Source: Chloroflexota bacterium (GTDB lineage Bacteria; Chloroflexota; Chloroflexia; Chloroflexales; Roseiflexaceae). From it: a stretch of DNA of 64,000 bases. The notes beneath the pieces were generated by a model, which was not told where the DNA came from, did no database searches, and saw only the letters and a program-made list of their open reading frames with translations. This document shows, in pieces, positions 37,856-47,650 of the stretch (position 1 is the stretch's first letter; every line of letters begins with the position of its first letter). The stretch spans positions 6,427-70,426 of the forward strand of contig JBJONV010000034.1 of NCBI GenBank assembly GCA_046051665.1, read 5' to 3'. Made by a program: the position numbers and the translations under genes.

Positions 37856-38275
37856 TTAGGCGACGGATGTTTTGCCGATGACACCGCGGAGGCGTTCGAG
37901 TTCGTTGGGGTTGTTGCGCACCAAGAAATCGATCATATAGTCGACGGCTGTCTCGCTGTAGTCGGTCAGCAGGCCATCGAGGACTTGCTGGACAACCATG
38001 GTGACGAAGTCGTCTTCGGTCAGGGTGGGTGTGTAGGTATATGCGAGACCATCGCGTTGCCGTTTGAGGACGCCCTTTTCGGCGAGGCGACTCATCGTGG
38101 TCATCACGGTGGTATAGGCGATTTCGCGGTTTTGAGCCAGCGCGCGATGGACCTTTTTGACTGTGCCACAATCGTCATGCCAGATTACCTGCATGATGTC
38201 TGTTTCGAGTGGCCCGAGCACTTTAACCAAGCCGTCTTTGGCCGGACTAAAGCGAAATCTGAGGTTCGGCGCCAT
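37856..38275 (-). CDS. BlaI/MecI/CopY-family transcriptional repressor
   Basis: 139 aa. Winged-helix pattern LGPLETDIMQVIW...IAYTTVMTTMSRLAEKGVLKR. Confidence 0.8.
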   Translation of the reverse strand: MAPNLRFRFSPAKDGLVKVLGPLETDIMQVIWHDDCGTVKKVHRALAQNREIAYTTVMTTMSRLAEKGVLKRQRDGLAYTYTPTLTEDDFVTMVVQQVLDGLLTDYSETAVDYMIDFLVRNNPNELERLRGVIGKTSVA

Positions 38276-38301
38276 ATCTGCTCCTCTTAGGACAATCTAT
38301 C

Positions 38302-38322
38302 GTACTAGCAGTAGTGTACTAC
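38302..38322. promoter_or_regulatory. Dyad-symmetric candidate operator in the BlaI-family promoter region
   Basis: GTACTAgcaGTAGTGTACTAC contains the near-palindrome GTAGTGTACTAC with a TGTA/TACA core, about 30 nt upstream of the repressor start codon. Confidence 0.3.
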
Positions 38323-38535
38323 CCAGTTGCATACTCCACAATGAGAGCTGATGACAACCTAATTACAGGGATGAGAATTTTTTCATCTATTCTGATATCG
38401 CCACCATCGTCTTGTTTGCGTGGGCGGTGGAGCGCTGCGTGCCATCGGGTTGTGATAGCCGCGTACATCGGCGATAATGCACACAGACGATAACGATTGT
38501 GGTGACACAGCACCGCGCCGCCGAGGGAGTGCAGC

Positions 38536-39552
38536 ATGAGTGACGATATACGGACAATCATCCGGACCGAAATGCAAGCAGCGTACCCGGCTCATGACGC
38601 AGCAGTGCGCGAATTTTATGCGATGCAAGAGTACCACTTGGGGTGGCGCAATCAGGCACTCGAGGTGGAATACGCTGATCCTGGCAAACTATTACGGCCG
38701 ATTATCACGCTGATGTGTTGTGCCATGATGGGTGGTTCGCGTGCACAGGCATTGCCGTTGGCTGCGGGGATCCAACTCATCCACGACTTTTCGCTCATCC
38801 ACGACGATATCCAAGACAACAGTGATTTGCGCCGCGGTCGGACCACATTGTGGACGATCTGGGGTTTGGCGCAGGGGATCAACGCAGGCGATGGGATGTT
38901 TGTCGTAGCACATATGGCCATCCAGCGGATGCGTGCCAATGGTGTACCCGCAGAGCGCGTGCTCGAGATATTGGCGCGCTTTGATCGAACGATTTTGTCG
39001 ATTTGTGAAGGCCAGTACCTCGACATCAGCTTCGAGGGCAAGCAGACCGTCAGCGAAGATGCCTATATCGCCATGGTAACGCGCAAAACGGCTGTGTTGC
39101 TGGCAGCCTGCTGCGAGCTCGGTGCGTTGGCGGGTAATGCATCCGACGACGATGCACGGGCATTGGGTGAGTTTGGATTGCACCTGGGGATTTCGTTCCA
39201 GATGCAGGATGACATATTGGGCATTTGGGGCGATCCAGCGGTCACCGGCAAACCGGATGCGGCAGATTTGTTGCGCCGCAAGCAGAGCCTGCCCGTCATC
39301 TATGCGCTGGCTCGCGAGCCACAAGACGGTCCGTTGCATCGGTTGTATGCAACGCCTGCGGGTGACGATGCAGCACTGCCGGCTGCACGCCACGCCATTG
39401 ATGCGTCCGGCGCGCAGGCATACACGGCACAATTGGCCGAACATCACTATGCGATTGCATGTGCGGCGTTGGCACGCGTACAGGTCACAGACAGCGCAAT
39501 TCAAGCACAGTTGCAGGGATTGGCTGCCAGTTTGTTGGGACGGAGCGTCTAG
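38536..39552 (+). CDS. Polyprenyl diphosphate synthase (trans-IPPS, GGPP/longer type)
   Basis: First and second Asp-rich motifs LIHDDIQD and FQMQDDILG. GAGGGAG RBS. Confidence 0.85.
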   Translation: MSDDIRTIIRTEMQAAYPAHDAAVREFYAMQEYHLGWRNQALEVEYADPGKLLRPIITLMCCAMMGGSRAQALPLAAGIQLIHDFSLIHDDIQDNSDLRRGRTTLWTIWGLAQGINAGDGMFVVAHMAIQRMRANGVPAERVLEILARFDRTILSICEGQYLDISFEGKQTVSEDAYIAMVTRKTAVLLAACCELGALAGNASDDDARALGEFGLHLGISFQMQDDILGIWGDPAVTGKPDAADLLRRKQSLPVIYALAREPQDGPLHRLYATPAGDDAALPAARHAIDASGAQAYTAQLAEHHYAIACAALARVQVTDSAIQAQLQGLAASLLGRSV

Positions 39553-39593
39553 GGTAGCGTGCGCGAATGCGACGGGACTGAAGCGAGGATACG

Positions 39594-40766
39594 ATGCGTA
39601 TTTTGATGATATCGGCCGAATACCCACCCATGTCGGGGGGGATTGGTGACTATACACGGCGATTGAGTGTGGCGTTGAGTCAGCGCGGGCACGAGGTCGC
39701 CATCATGACGGGCAAGCAGGGGCAAGCGTACCGCGATGCGGCACGCATCTATCCGGTACGCATCGAGAAGTGGGATAGTAGTTGTATCCCCATCATCCGT
39801 CAGACGATTGCAAAACTCCAACCCGATATCGTGCACATTCAATATCAGACGGGCGCCTACGATATGAAGGTGGCGATCAACCGTTTGCCACGATTGCTGT
39901 CGCGCGAGCGCAAACAAGGACTGCGTGTGGTCACCACGGCGCATGATTTGTTGCCGCCGTACCTGTTCCCAAAAGCGGGTTTTTTGCGTAACTGGTACAC
40001 CAAAAAAATCATCCAAGACGCCGATGGCGCCGTGATGACGAATGCCGGCGATTATCACACCGTGGTAGACGATGCCAAAGGGATGTGGAATCCCAACACC
40101 GTGTTTATCCCCATCGGTGCCAATGTGTCACCCGCACCGCCTGAGAATTACGACCGTACCTTGTGGCGCAGTCGATTTGGGGTGCTCAATGGCGATATGT
40201 TGCTCGCGTACTTCGGGTTATTGACGCACACCAAAGGCATCGACACGCTGCTGTTGGCGATGCGTAGCTTGCCGGCGACAACGCGGTTGGCGTTGATTGG
40301 TGGCGAAGGCGAATCGAATGAAGATCAGGCATACGCCCGGCGGGTGCGGCAGAACATCATCGACTACGGATTAGAAGACCGCGTCATCGTGACCGGCCAC
40401 GCCGAACCGACAGATGTATCCGCCTACCTCATTGCTGCCGATGCAGTGGTGCTGCCGTTCAGTGATGGGTATTCGTATCGGCGTGGGAGCCTGCTAACGG
40501 CATTGGCGCATAGCGTGCCAGTGATTACCACCAAGGCGCAGCTTGCCGTTAGCCAAGATCCGTTGCCAGATTTGATGGATGGCAAACACGCACTCCTGGT
40601 CGAGCCCGACAGCGATACGGCATTAGCAGAGGCGATTGAACGGCTGCGTACCAATCCGGAGCTTGCGTTCCACCTGAGCCGTGGCGGTCGTGAATTGATG
40701 GATGTGTTTGGTTGGGACCGGATTGTCGAACAGCACGATGCGCTCTACAACAGTTTGCGCGGCTAA
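39594..40766 (+). CDS. Glycosyltransferase family 4 (GT-B)
   Basis: N-terminus MRILMISAEYPPMSGGIGDYT and a C-terminal GT1 domain with E-x7-E-like region. Confidence 0.8.
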   Translation: MRILMISAEYPPMSGGIGDYTRRLSVALSQRGHEVAIMTGKQGQAYRDAARIYPVRIEKWDSSCIPIIRQTIAKLQPDIVHIQYQTGAYDMKVAINRLPRLLSRERKQGLRVVTTAHDLLPPYLFPKAGFLRNWYTKKIIQDADGAVMTNAGDYHTVVDDAKGMWNPNTVFIPIGANVSPAPPENYDRTLWRSRFGVLNGDMLLAYFGLLTHTKGIDTLLLAMRSLPATTRLALIGGEGESNEDQAYARRVRQNIIDYGLEDRVIVTGHAEPTDVSAYLIAADAVVLPFSDGYSYRRGSLLTALAHSVPVITTKAQLAVSQDPLPDLMDGKHALLVEPDSDTALAEAIERLRTNPELAFHLSRGGRELMDVFGWDRIVEQHDALYNSLRG

Positions 40767-40778
40767 CAGATGGCGCTG

Positions 40779-40816
40779 GACACCCCCTCTGGGCAAGTCC
40801 CGGAGGGGGTGTTTTC
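40779..40816 (+). terminator. Rho-independent terminator after the glycosyltransferase gene
   Basis: Stem ACACCCCCTC/GAGGGGGTGT, followed by TTTCTG. Confidence 0.65.
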
Positions 40817-40892
40817 TGTACATGCATGATTGTGTGGCGGTGGTTGTGCAAGAAGGTCATCGATCGGGATGCGTGTTGGTAACAATTGATGC

Positions 40893-40928
40893 AAGAAAAG
40901 AGCCACCCCGTGCCAGAGCACGGGGTGG
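40893..40928 (-). terminator. Rho-independent terminator after the methyltransferase gene
   Basis: 12-bp stem GCCACCCCGTGC/GCACGGGGTGGC with a 4-nt loop, followed on the minus strand by TCTTTTCTTG. Confidence 0.7.
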
Positions 40929-40953
40929 CTTTTCCACATAAAAAACGAACAAA

Positions 40954-41679
40954 CTAGACACGCGCGACGATGATGGCCCAGCCGATGTGTGGTCGTTCGT
41001 AGTGCAGGTAGTCGTGACGCATGGCGGTGAACGTGGTGCGGAACTGCTCGAGCTCGGGGTCGCTCGGATTGGTGGCAATCCAGTGTTGGCCGGCACGCCA
41101 TTTGCGGGTCTCGTAGCGGTCCCAGTCTTCGGGTGATGCGACGATCATGTCGATGGGCTCGTGCGCGCCGCGGATGTGGTCGACCAATTCCGCCAGCGTG
41201 GGGACGGGGCCGAGGTTGTCGAGTTCCGGTGGGAGAACAGCCGATGAGCGGAAGATGTCGCCCACTGCAATCAGGCCGCCGGGTTTGACGACGCGCCGGA
41301 AGGTATCGAGGAGTGGTGCTAATCCACCGAGGGCGAACGACGCGCCGATGCACAGACCGGCGTCATAGTGGGCGTCAGCGAGCGAGACATCGCGTGCATC
41401 GGATTGGACGATGGTGATGTGCTCGTGGACGCCGGCGCGTTGGGCACGGTGCAGGGCGACTTCATTGAACCAAGGGTTGACTTCGACCGCTGTGATGTGC
41501 GCGCCGGTGCGTTCGGCGATACGGGTGGCGAGCCAACCACGGCCACTGCCGATGTCGAGGACATGTTGTTCGGCGCGGAAGGCCATGATGTCGATGAGCT
41601 GGTCGAGTTTCTGAGGGGTGCATGGGTTCGAAATATCGTGGGTGGATTCGACGATCGACCAAAATCGTGTGAAATGCAT
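40954..41679 (-). CDS. Class I SAM-dependent methyltransferase
   Basis: Motif I VLDIGSGRGWLA and motif post-I ITAVEV. Confidence 0.8.
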   Translation of the reverse strand: MHFTRFWSIVESTHDISNPCTPQKLDQLIDIMAFRAEQHVLDIGSGRGWLATRIAERTGAHITAVEVNPWFNEVALHRAQRAGVHEHITIVQSDARDVSLADAHYDAGLCIGASFALGGLAPLLDTFRRVVKPGGLIAVGDIFRSSAVLPPELDNLGPVPTLAELVDHIRGAHEPIDMIVASPEDWDRYETRKWRAGQHWIATNPSDPELEQFRTTFTAMRHDYLHYERPHIGWAIIVARV

Positions 41680-41709
41680 GGGTAATGAGCTTTCTGTAGG
41701 CGAAAAATC

Positions 41710-42369
41710 TCAACGCTCCGTTGCTGGATTCGAAGTGGACCTGGCGGCGAGACTGGTATAGACGGCTGCGAGTGCGGTGCGAACCTGTTGCTGGAGGGAT
41801 GCGAGTGTGCCCGTATTATCGAATACGACGTCGGCACGCGCAACTTTGTCGGCTTGGGGTGCTTGGGCGTCGATGCGGAGGATGGCGTCGGCTTCGCTCA
41901 GGCCGCGGGTCTGCATCAGTCGTTCGATTTGGCTCGTACGTGGAGCGGTGACTACCCAAACGGCATCACAATAGGCCGGCCAGCCGGATTCGATGAGTTT
42001 GATGGCATCGATGACGGCGATGGTTGGATTGGCTGCTGTGCCGCTGGGGAGGGCTGCCAGCCAATCGAGGATGTGCTGGCGGACGGCAGGGTGGATGAGC
42101 TGCTCGAGGCGCTTGAGCGCGACCGGATCAGCAAATACGATGGCACCGAGGGCTTTACGGTCGAGGGTCCCATCGGGGAGCAGAATGCCCGTGCCGAAGG
42201 AAGCCACGATGGCGGCGTACACAGCCTGACCGGGTTGTTGGAGGTGTCGGGTAACGGCATCAGCGTCGATGGTGTGGACCCCCGCAGCGGCGAGGGTCTG
42301 GACGACGGCACTTTTGCCGCAGGCGATGTTGCCGGTCAGGCCGATGATGTACTTATTGGTGTTCGACAT
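41710..42369 (-). CDS. coaE: Dephospho-CoA kinase
   Basis: P-loop IGLTGNIACGKS. Overlaps the upstream gene's stop by 17 nt. Confidence 0.85.
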   Translation of the reverse strand: MSNTNKYIIGLTGNIACGKSAVVQTLAAAGVHTIDADAVTRHLQQPGQAVYAAIVASFGTGILLPDGTLDRKALGAIVFADPVALKRLEQLIHPAVRQHILDWLAALPSGTAANPTIAVIDAIKLIESGWPAYCDAVWVVTAPRTSQIERLMQTRGLSEADAILRIDAQAPQADKVARADVVFDNTGTLASLQQQVRTALAAVYTSLAARSTSNPATER

Positions 42370-44326
42370 ATTCGTGTTTGATGAGGCGGGTATCGTCGAT
42401 GCCGAACAGCTGCAGGATATCGCCCATCAGGGCAGCCTTGTGTGTGGCGTCGCGCTGACTCCAGGTGCGGCTTTTGAGCTCGACATACATGCCGGCGTTT
42501 GCGGTCGTGCTGACGGTGTCGATGTTGACCGCGAACTCGGTATCATGGTAGGTGATGTGCAAGCGCTGGCGTTCTTTGGTAATGGTGATGACCTGATTAG
42601 GTTGGAAGTATTCGCGGTAGAAGCGCTCGGTGTGATTAGCTGGTGCGGTATAGCGCGCGCGTGAGAGTTGGACTGCTGCGTTGTACTCGACACGTTTGGC
42701 GGGTTCGGTCAGGGTCAGGGTGTAATAGGGCGGGGTACGGCCTTGGGCATCGGTACGGTGGTCCTCACGCAGACGGATACGACCCTGTGCGGTGTCGTTC
42801 CAGACGAAGTAGGTATCGTATTGGGTCCGTTGGTTTTGGCGCACGATGGTAAAAGGCGCTGCATTGAGGATGTCACGGATGGCGACGGCGTCGCTGGGTT
42901 CGATTTTTGCTTTGACCTGGATTTCGAAAATCTCGCTGGCTTGGATAGGGCTGATGGCGAGAATCTTGTCGAGGAGGTGTTCTTCGCGGTTGGCGAGGAA
43001 GGTGTTGATCTCGTGGGAGATACGGCGTGCCTCGCGCAGAATCGCCTGTTCGTCGAGTGTCAACAACTCGCGATTGCGCATTAGGATGCGCCCAGCGACG
43101 ATAGTGTCACGTACATCGCTGGCGTGGCAGGTATATACGAGTTGGTTATAAATCGCGTCTGCGGCGTAGGTGTACGACGGTGAATTGTGGAGCGCGCCGA
43201 GCGAGACGACGATGAGGTCGGCTTGTTTGCCCACTTCAAGCGAGCCGATGCGCTCGGATTGATGAATGGCACGGGCACCGGAGGAAGTAGCCAACGAAAA
43301 GGCGGTTTTGGCCGGCATGACCGTGGGATCGCCCGACAGGCCCTTGGGCAACAGCGCAGCGAGGTGGATTTCGCTGAACATGTCTTGGTCGTCGTTCGAT
43401 GCCGGGCCGTCGGTCCCCAAGCCCGTTTTGACGCCGGCAGCCAAGAATTTGGTATAGGGTGCCACGCCACTAGCGAGTTTGAGGTTTGAGGTGGGGCAAG
43501 GTGCAACGCCGACGCCTTTGGCTGCCAGGGTGGCGATGTCTTCGTCGGTGGCATGGACACAATGAGCAGCGATACAGGGCACGCTGAATGCGCCGACGCG
43601 TTCGGCGTAGCCGATGGGGGTGCCCTGGCGGTCGACGCGGGATTCTTCGACCTCACGGGCTGTTTCGGACAAATGGGTGACCAGCGGTACGCCGTACGTT
43701 TTGCAGAGGGCGACGGCCTGTGCGTAGATTTCGTCGGTGCAGGTATATGGCGCGTGCGGGGCGATGGTCGGGGTGATACGCGGATGGGTATGCCATGCGT
43801 CGATAAAGCGGGTAGCGCGTTCGAGGCCGACGTCGAACGACGACGCATCGGGGGAAGGCAAGCGCATCACCGACTGACCACAAACAGCACGCATGCCGGA
43901 TTCGTCGGCAGCGCGGGCGACTTCTTCTTCGTAGAAGTACATATCGACGAAGGTAGTCGTGCCGCTGCGGATCATTTCGGCACACGACAGGAGCGTGCCG
44001 GCGCGTACGAATTCTGGCGTGACAAAGCGTCCTTCGACGGGGAACATATACCCAAATAACCAGACATCGAGCTGCAGATCAGCCACAATGCCACGCAAGA
44101 GGCTCATGGGGACGTGGGCGTGGGCATTGATGAGACCAGGGGTAATGGCGCACCCGTTGCAGTCGATAGTCTGGGTGGCCTGATAGCGGGCGGTGAGTGT
44201 GTCAGTGCTGCCGATGGCGATGATGGTATCACCGTGTACAGCAACGGCACCATCATGGAGAATGGTGCCGTGTGCGTCCATGGTGACGACCGTTGCGTGA
44301 CAGAGCAGCAGATCGATCGTTGTCAT
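42353..44326 (-). CDS. MtaD-type amidohydrolase (MTA/SAH/adenosine deaminase-like) fused to a C-terminal CYTH-like domain
   Basis: Residues 1-445 carry INAHAHVP (HxH), HLSET, HCVH and GTDGPASNDDQDM. Residues ~463-650 carry the CYTH-like motif order EIQVK, IRLRED, TKERQR, YVELK. Confidence 0.75.
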   Translation of the reverse strand: MTTIDLLLCHATVVTMDAHGTILHDGAVAVHGDTIIAIGSTDTLTARYQATQTIDCNGCAITPGLINAHAHVPMSLLRGIVADLQLDVWLFGYMFPVEGRFVTPEFVRAGTLLSCAEMIRSGTTTFVDMYFYEEEVARAADESGMRAVCGQSVMRLPSPDASSFDVGLERATRFIDAWHTHPRITPTIAPHAPYTCTDEIYAQAVALCKTYGVPLVTHLSETAREVEESRVDRQGTPIGYAERVGAFSVPCIAAHCVHATDEDIATLAAKGVGVAPCPTSNLKLASGVAPYTKFLAAGVKTGLGTDGPASNDDQDMFSEIHLAALLPKGLSGDPTVMPAKTAFSLATSSGARAIHQSERIGSLEVGKQADLIVVSLGALHNSPSYTYAADAIYNQLVYTCHASDVRDTIVAGRILMRNRELLTLDEQAILREARRISHEINTFLANREEHLLDKILAISPIQASEIFEIQVKAKIEPSDAVAIRDILNAAPFTIVRQNQRTQYDTYFVWNDTAQGRIRLREDHRTDAQGRTPPYYTLTLTEPAKRVEYNAAVQLSRARYTAPANHTERFYREYFQPNQVITITKERQRLHITYHDTEFAVNIDTVSTTANAGMYVELKSRTWSQRDATHKAALMGDILQLFGIDDTRLIKHEYVEHQ

Positions 44327-44338
44327 GTGTTTTTTCCT

Positions 44339-44800
44339 TTACGAATGATTTTTTGGTCCAGGGATGCGCGTATTGCAGGTCGTGCAGTACAGGTCGTTTT
44401 CGTATGCGGTTTTTTGGGCGAACCATGCCACCACGATGGATTTGTAGATGCGGTCGTTATTGGCTTGTCGCCAGACAAAAACCGAGAACATGGCAGTCAT
44501 TACGATGATAAACGCCGCCACGCCGCTGAAAATCGCTGCTTCGCCGAAGCGGTAGCCAGGGGCGGGGTAGTCGGTACCCAAGGTGAACTGACTGATGCCA
44601 CCGATGATAACGGCAGCAGCAAAAGCTACCGATGCACTCAGGATAATCGACATACAGCCCAAACCACCGGCCCGGCGGGGTTGGGGCATCGGCGCCAATG
44701 CTAGTTGATCGCGCAGTGCATCCGGGGTGAATGGGTGTGCAACGACTGCGGCGACAGGGGTAAGCGGCCCAGAGCAGGTGGGGCAGGCAGATTCGGTCAT
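44339..44800 (-). CDS. Hypothetical membrane protein with terminal CxxC pairs
   Basis: CPTC near the N-terminus, two TM helices, CTTC near the C-terminus. ATG 44800 is preceded by GGGAGG with 7-nt spacing. Confidence 0.5.
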   Translation of the reverse strand: MTESACPTCSGPLTPVAAVVAHPFTPDALRDQLALAPMPQPRRAGGLGCMSIILSASVAFAAAVIIGGISQFTLGTDYPAPGYRFGEAAIFSGVAAFIIVMTAMFSVFVWRQANNDRIYKSIVVAWFAQKTAYENDLYCTTCNTRIPGPKNHS

Positions 44801-44802
44801 CG

Positions 44803-46218
44803 TTAGACCTCCCATTGTGCGGAGCGACGGGCCCGCGCCGCGGCGATTGCCGCACGGCGCTCGGCAAAGCCATCACGGCCCAAGAGGGCATATGTGGCGA
44901 TTTTGCCGGCTTCGACGCCGGGCTGATCGAAGGTGTTGATATTGAGCAACGCACCGGCGATGGCCGTCTGGACTTCGAGCAACATAAACAACTGACCAAT
45001 GGTGAATGCATTGATGGCCGGCAGTGTGTGCGTCATGTTGGGCCGACCGGCGTCGTTGAGGGCGATGGCCGTTGCTTGTTGTTCGGCGTTGATGAGCTCG
45101 TTGAAGGTATGGCCACCCAGGTACGACACACCCTCGAGGTCGGTATATGCCGAAGGGATGGTCACGTTGTGGGCAAAGGTATCGACGGCGATGAAGTTGA
45201 CCAGCTTGTCGAAGGGTCCTTCGACGTACAACTGTACCTGTGAGTGTTGGTCGGTTGCACCGAGTGCGCGGATGGGCGTCGTGCCCACGTTGACCGTCTC
45301 ACCACTGAGGCTGGTTTTTTTGCCAAGGCTCTCGGCCCAGAGTTGCGCAAACCAATCCGAGATATGACGCAGGTGGTGCGAGTAGGGCATCATGACGACC
45401 ATGTTTTGGCCCTGTTTGGCACACAGCAGATTCACGATGGCCGCCAACGCTGCTGGGTTCTTGAGCACATCGGGGTTGGATGCGAGTTTGTAGCCGTAGG
45501 CGGCACCAGCCAGCATCGCTTCGATGTTGACCCCGGTGACCGCTGCCGAGAGTAAGCCGACGGTGGTGAGCACCGAAAAACGACCGCCGACGTTCGGTGG
45601 CAGTTCGAGCATCGGCAGGCCTTCACGCAGGCCGATTTGGCGCATGAAGCCACTGCTCGGATCGGTGGTGACGATGACGTGTTCTTTGAGGGCATTGGGG
45701 CCGAGGGTTTTGATGAGGTGCTCGCGCACGGCCAAAAACGACGACATCGTCTCGGCAGTGGTACCGGATTTGGAGATGACGTTGTAGACCGTACTGGCAG
45801 GATCGAGCGTGTCGATCAACGCTGCATTCAAATCCGGATCAGAATTGTCGATGACATACAGCTTGGGATGGGTGCGTTTGCCACGAGGCAGGTCGTTGTA
45901 GAAAGGATGATTGAGGGCTGATTGGACGGCGATATTGCCCAGCGCCGAGCCACCGATACCCAAAACGACGAAGTTTTCGACGTGCATGACCTTTTGGGCT
46001 GCGGCAATGATGGCGCTGATGTCTTGGGATGGCAGGTCGGGCCAGCCGAGATGCGCACGATGTGCTTCGATGTCGGCGATTGCTTTGGCGGCGGCGCCGG
46101 CCATGGCAGTGATGTCGTTGGGGTCGATGCCGTGGGCGCCGACAACATCGCGGAGGGTGTTATTGATGTCCAGCCGGATGCGCATCGACGACTGCCATTG
46201 GGGGTTGTGAAAATCCAT
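44803..46218 (-). CDS. pgi: Glucose-6-phosphate isomerase
   Basis: 471 aa. SIS-domain motifs VLGIGGSALG and ISKSGTTAET. Confidence 0.85.
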   Translation of the reverse strand: MDFHNPQWQSSMRIRLDINNTLRDVVGAHGIDPNDITAMAGAAAKAIADIEAHRAHLGWPDLPSQDISAIIAAAQKVMHVENFVVLGIGGSALGNIAVQSALNHPFYNDLPRGKRTHPKLYVIDNSDPDLNAALIDTLDPASTVYNVISKSGTTAETMSSFLAVREHLIKTLGPNALKEHVIVTTDPSSGFMRQIGLREGLPMLELPPNVGGRFSVLTTVGLLSAAVTGVNIEAMLAGAAYGYKLASNPDVLKNPAALAAIVNLLCAKQGQNMVVMMPYSHHLRHISDWFAQLWAESLGKKTSLSGETVNVGTTPIRALGATDQHSQVQLYVEGPFDKLVNFIAVDTFAHNVTIPSAYTDLEGVSYLGGHTFNELINAEQQATAIALNDAGRPNMTHTLPAINAFTIGQLFMLLEVQTAIAGALLNINTFDQPGVEAGKIATYALLGRDGFAERRAAIAAARARRSAQWEV

Positions 46219-46243
46219 TGTTCCTCGCTGCTCTGCTGTGTGA

Positions 46244-46561
46244 TTATGCGGTTGGGTGCAGTGCTCGATAGGTTGCTTCGTCGATGAAGGTCCCCCCGCT
46301 GATGGTTCGGCTCTGCTCGTTGCGGTGCCGATCGAAGGTTAATGTGGCCTGCATCGGGCGGAAGCATTTGGCATCCATGATGGTTTTGTTGACCACATAG
46401 CCGGCCTCGACCTCGCGTGCATCGTATTCGATTGCCAAATCGTTGTAGCGGTCGATGCGGACAGCAACGTTACTCTGGCATCGATCACAGCGCACATACA
46501 GAATGATGGCGCGTTCTTTGGGGGCTATTTGTATACCAAAAAAGCGCTTCCACCAGCTCAT
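46244..46561 (-). CDS. Hypothetical small protein
   Basis: 105 aa counted from ATG 46561 (MSWWKRFFG...). Contains CDRC. No recognisable family. Sense orientation within a run of minus-strand genes. Confidence 0.4.
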   Translation of the reverse strand: MSWWKRFFGIQIAPKERAIILYVRCDRCQSNVAVRIDRYNDLAIEYDAREVEAGYVVNKTIMDAKCFRPMQATLTFDRHRNEQSRTISGGTFIDEATYRALHPTA

Positions 46562-46612
46562 TTCGCACCTGCAAAAGATATTCTGCAAAGTATAGCACAC
46601 CGCTACGGCTAC

Positions 46613-47650
46613 CTATTCGACCGTCGTGACGACCCCTTCGGCGGCGCGGAAGAGACGGTCACGCACGGCGGCTGCTACCCCACCACCTGGTGGTTCGGCA
46701 ATGACGATCCGTGCAACACCCCCTGCATCGGCGTGGCGGAGCGCCGCAAACAACTGCCGGGCGACCTGCGCACCATCGTCCCGCGCACCGAGCACAATGG
46801 TCGCTATCCCCATTTGACCTGCATACGCGGTGTCTTCGGCATAACACAGCCAGATGAGTTGCTCCGTTTGGTGCATGCGCGTAACGGTCCGCTGGATGGC
46901 TTGGACTGGCCCGCGCAACACCGTCAACGGGGTACGCGGTGCATAGTGTTTGAGGAGCATGCCGGGTGCGGGGGCCGCTTGGGTCGTCGTCAGGGTGCGC
47001 TGCTGGATGACGACATCACCGAGGACCGTGGTGAGTTGCTCGGCCGAGACATCGCCTTGGCGCAGAATGACTGCAGGGGTGCGGGTGATGTCGACAATGG
47101 TCGACTCGACGCCAATCTGGCATGCCCCCGCATCCAACACCATTGCGATGCGGCCTTCGAGGTCGTGCATCACATGCTGGGCAGTGGTCGGACTAGGATG
47201 CGAAAACAGATTGGCGGATGGTGCAACCAGCGGTGTGGCGCAGCCACGGATCAACGCCAAGGCGACGGGATGCGCTGGCATCCGGACTGCGACGGTGTCG
47301 AATCCTGCCGTGATGGTCGGACTAAGGTCCGGATGTTTGGGGAGGAGGATGGTCAATGGACCCGGCCAAAATGCCTCTGCTAAGAGTGCAAATGTGCTGG
47401 GGATATCCACCGCGACCGTGGCGAGTTGGTCCAGGTCGGCGATGTGGACGATGAGGGGGTCGGTGGTGGGTCGCCCTTTGGCCGCAAAAATACGCGCGAC
47501 TGCGGCAGGGTTATGGGCATCAGCAGCCAGCCCATAGACGGTTTCGGTCGGCATGGCAACCAATTGGCCGGCTGCAATCTGGGCGGCAGCCGCAGTGATG
47601 GTCTGTGCGGCAGGGGTAACGGGCGATATCGGCAAAAGGACGGTGTTCAT
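46613..47650 (-). CDS. tsaC: L-threonylcarbamoyladenylate synthase (Sua5/YwlC type: YrdC plus SUA5 domains)
   Basis: PTETVYGLAADA motif and a C-terminal SUA5 domain. ATG 47650 overlaps the upstream gene's stop as ATGA. Confidence 0.85.
   Translation of the reverse strand: MNTVLLPISPVTPAAQTITAAAAQIAAGQLVAMPTETVYGLAADAHNPAAVARIFAAKGRPTTDPLIVHIADLDQLATVAVDIPSTFALLAEAFWPGPLTILLPKHPDLSPTITAGFDTVAVRMPAHPVALALIRGCATPLVAPSANLFSHPSPTTAQHVMHDLEGRIAMVLDAGACQIGVESTIVDITRTPAVILRQGDVSAEQLTTVLGDVVIQQRTLTTTQAAPAPGMLLKHYAPRTPLTVLRGPVQAIQRTVTRMHQTEQLIWLCYAEDTAYAGQMGIATIVLGARDDGAQVARQLFAALRHADAGGVARIVIAEPPGGGVAAAVRDRLFRAAEGVVTTVE

Noticed and set aside
38692-39657. 321-aa minus-strand ORF opposite the polyprenyl synthase gene.
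   Set aside because: Shadow ORF. The plus-strand frame carries both DDxxD motifs, and the antisense product is low-complexity and Arg/Cys/Gln-rich.
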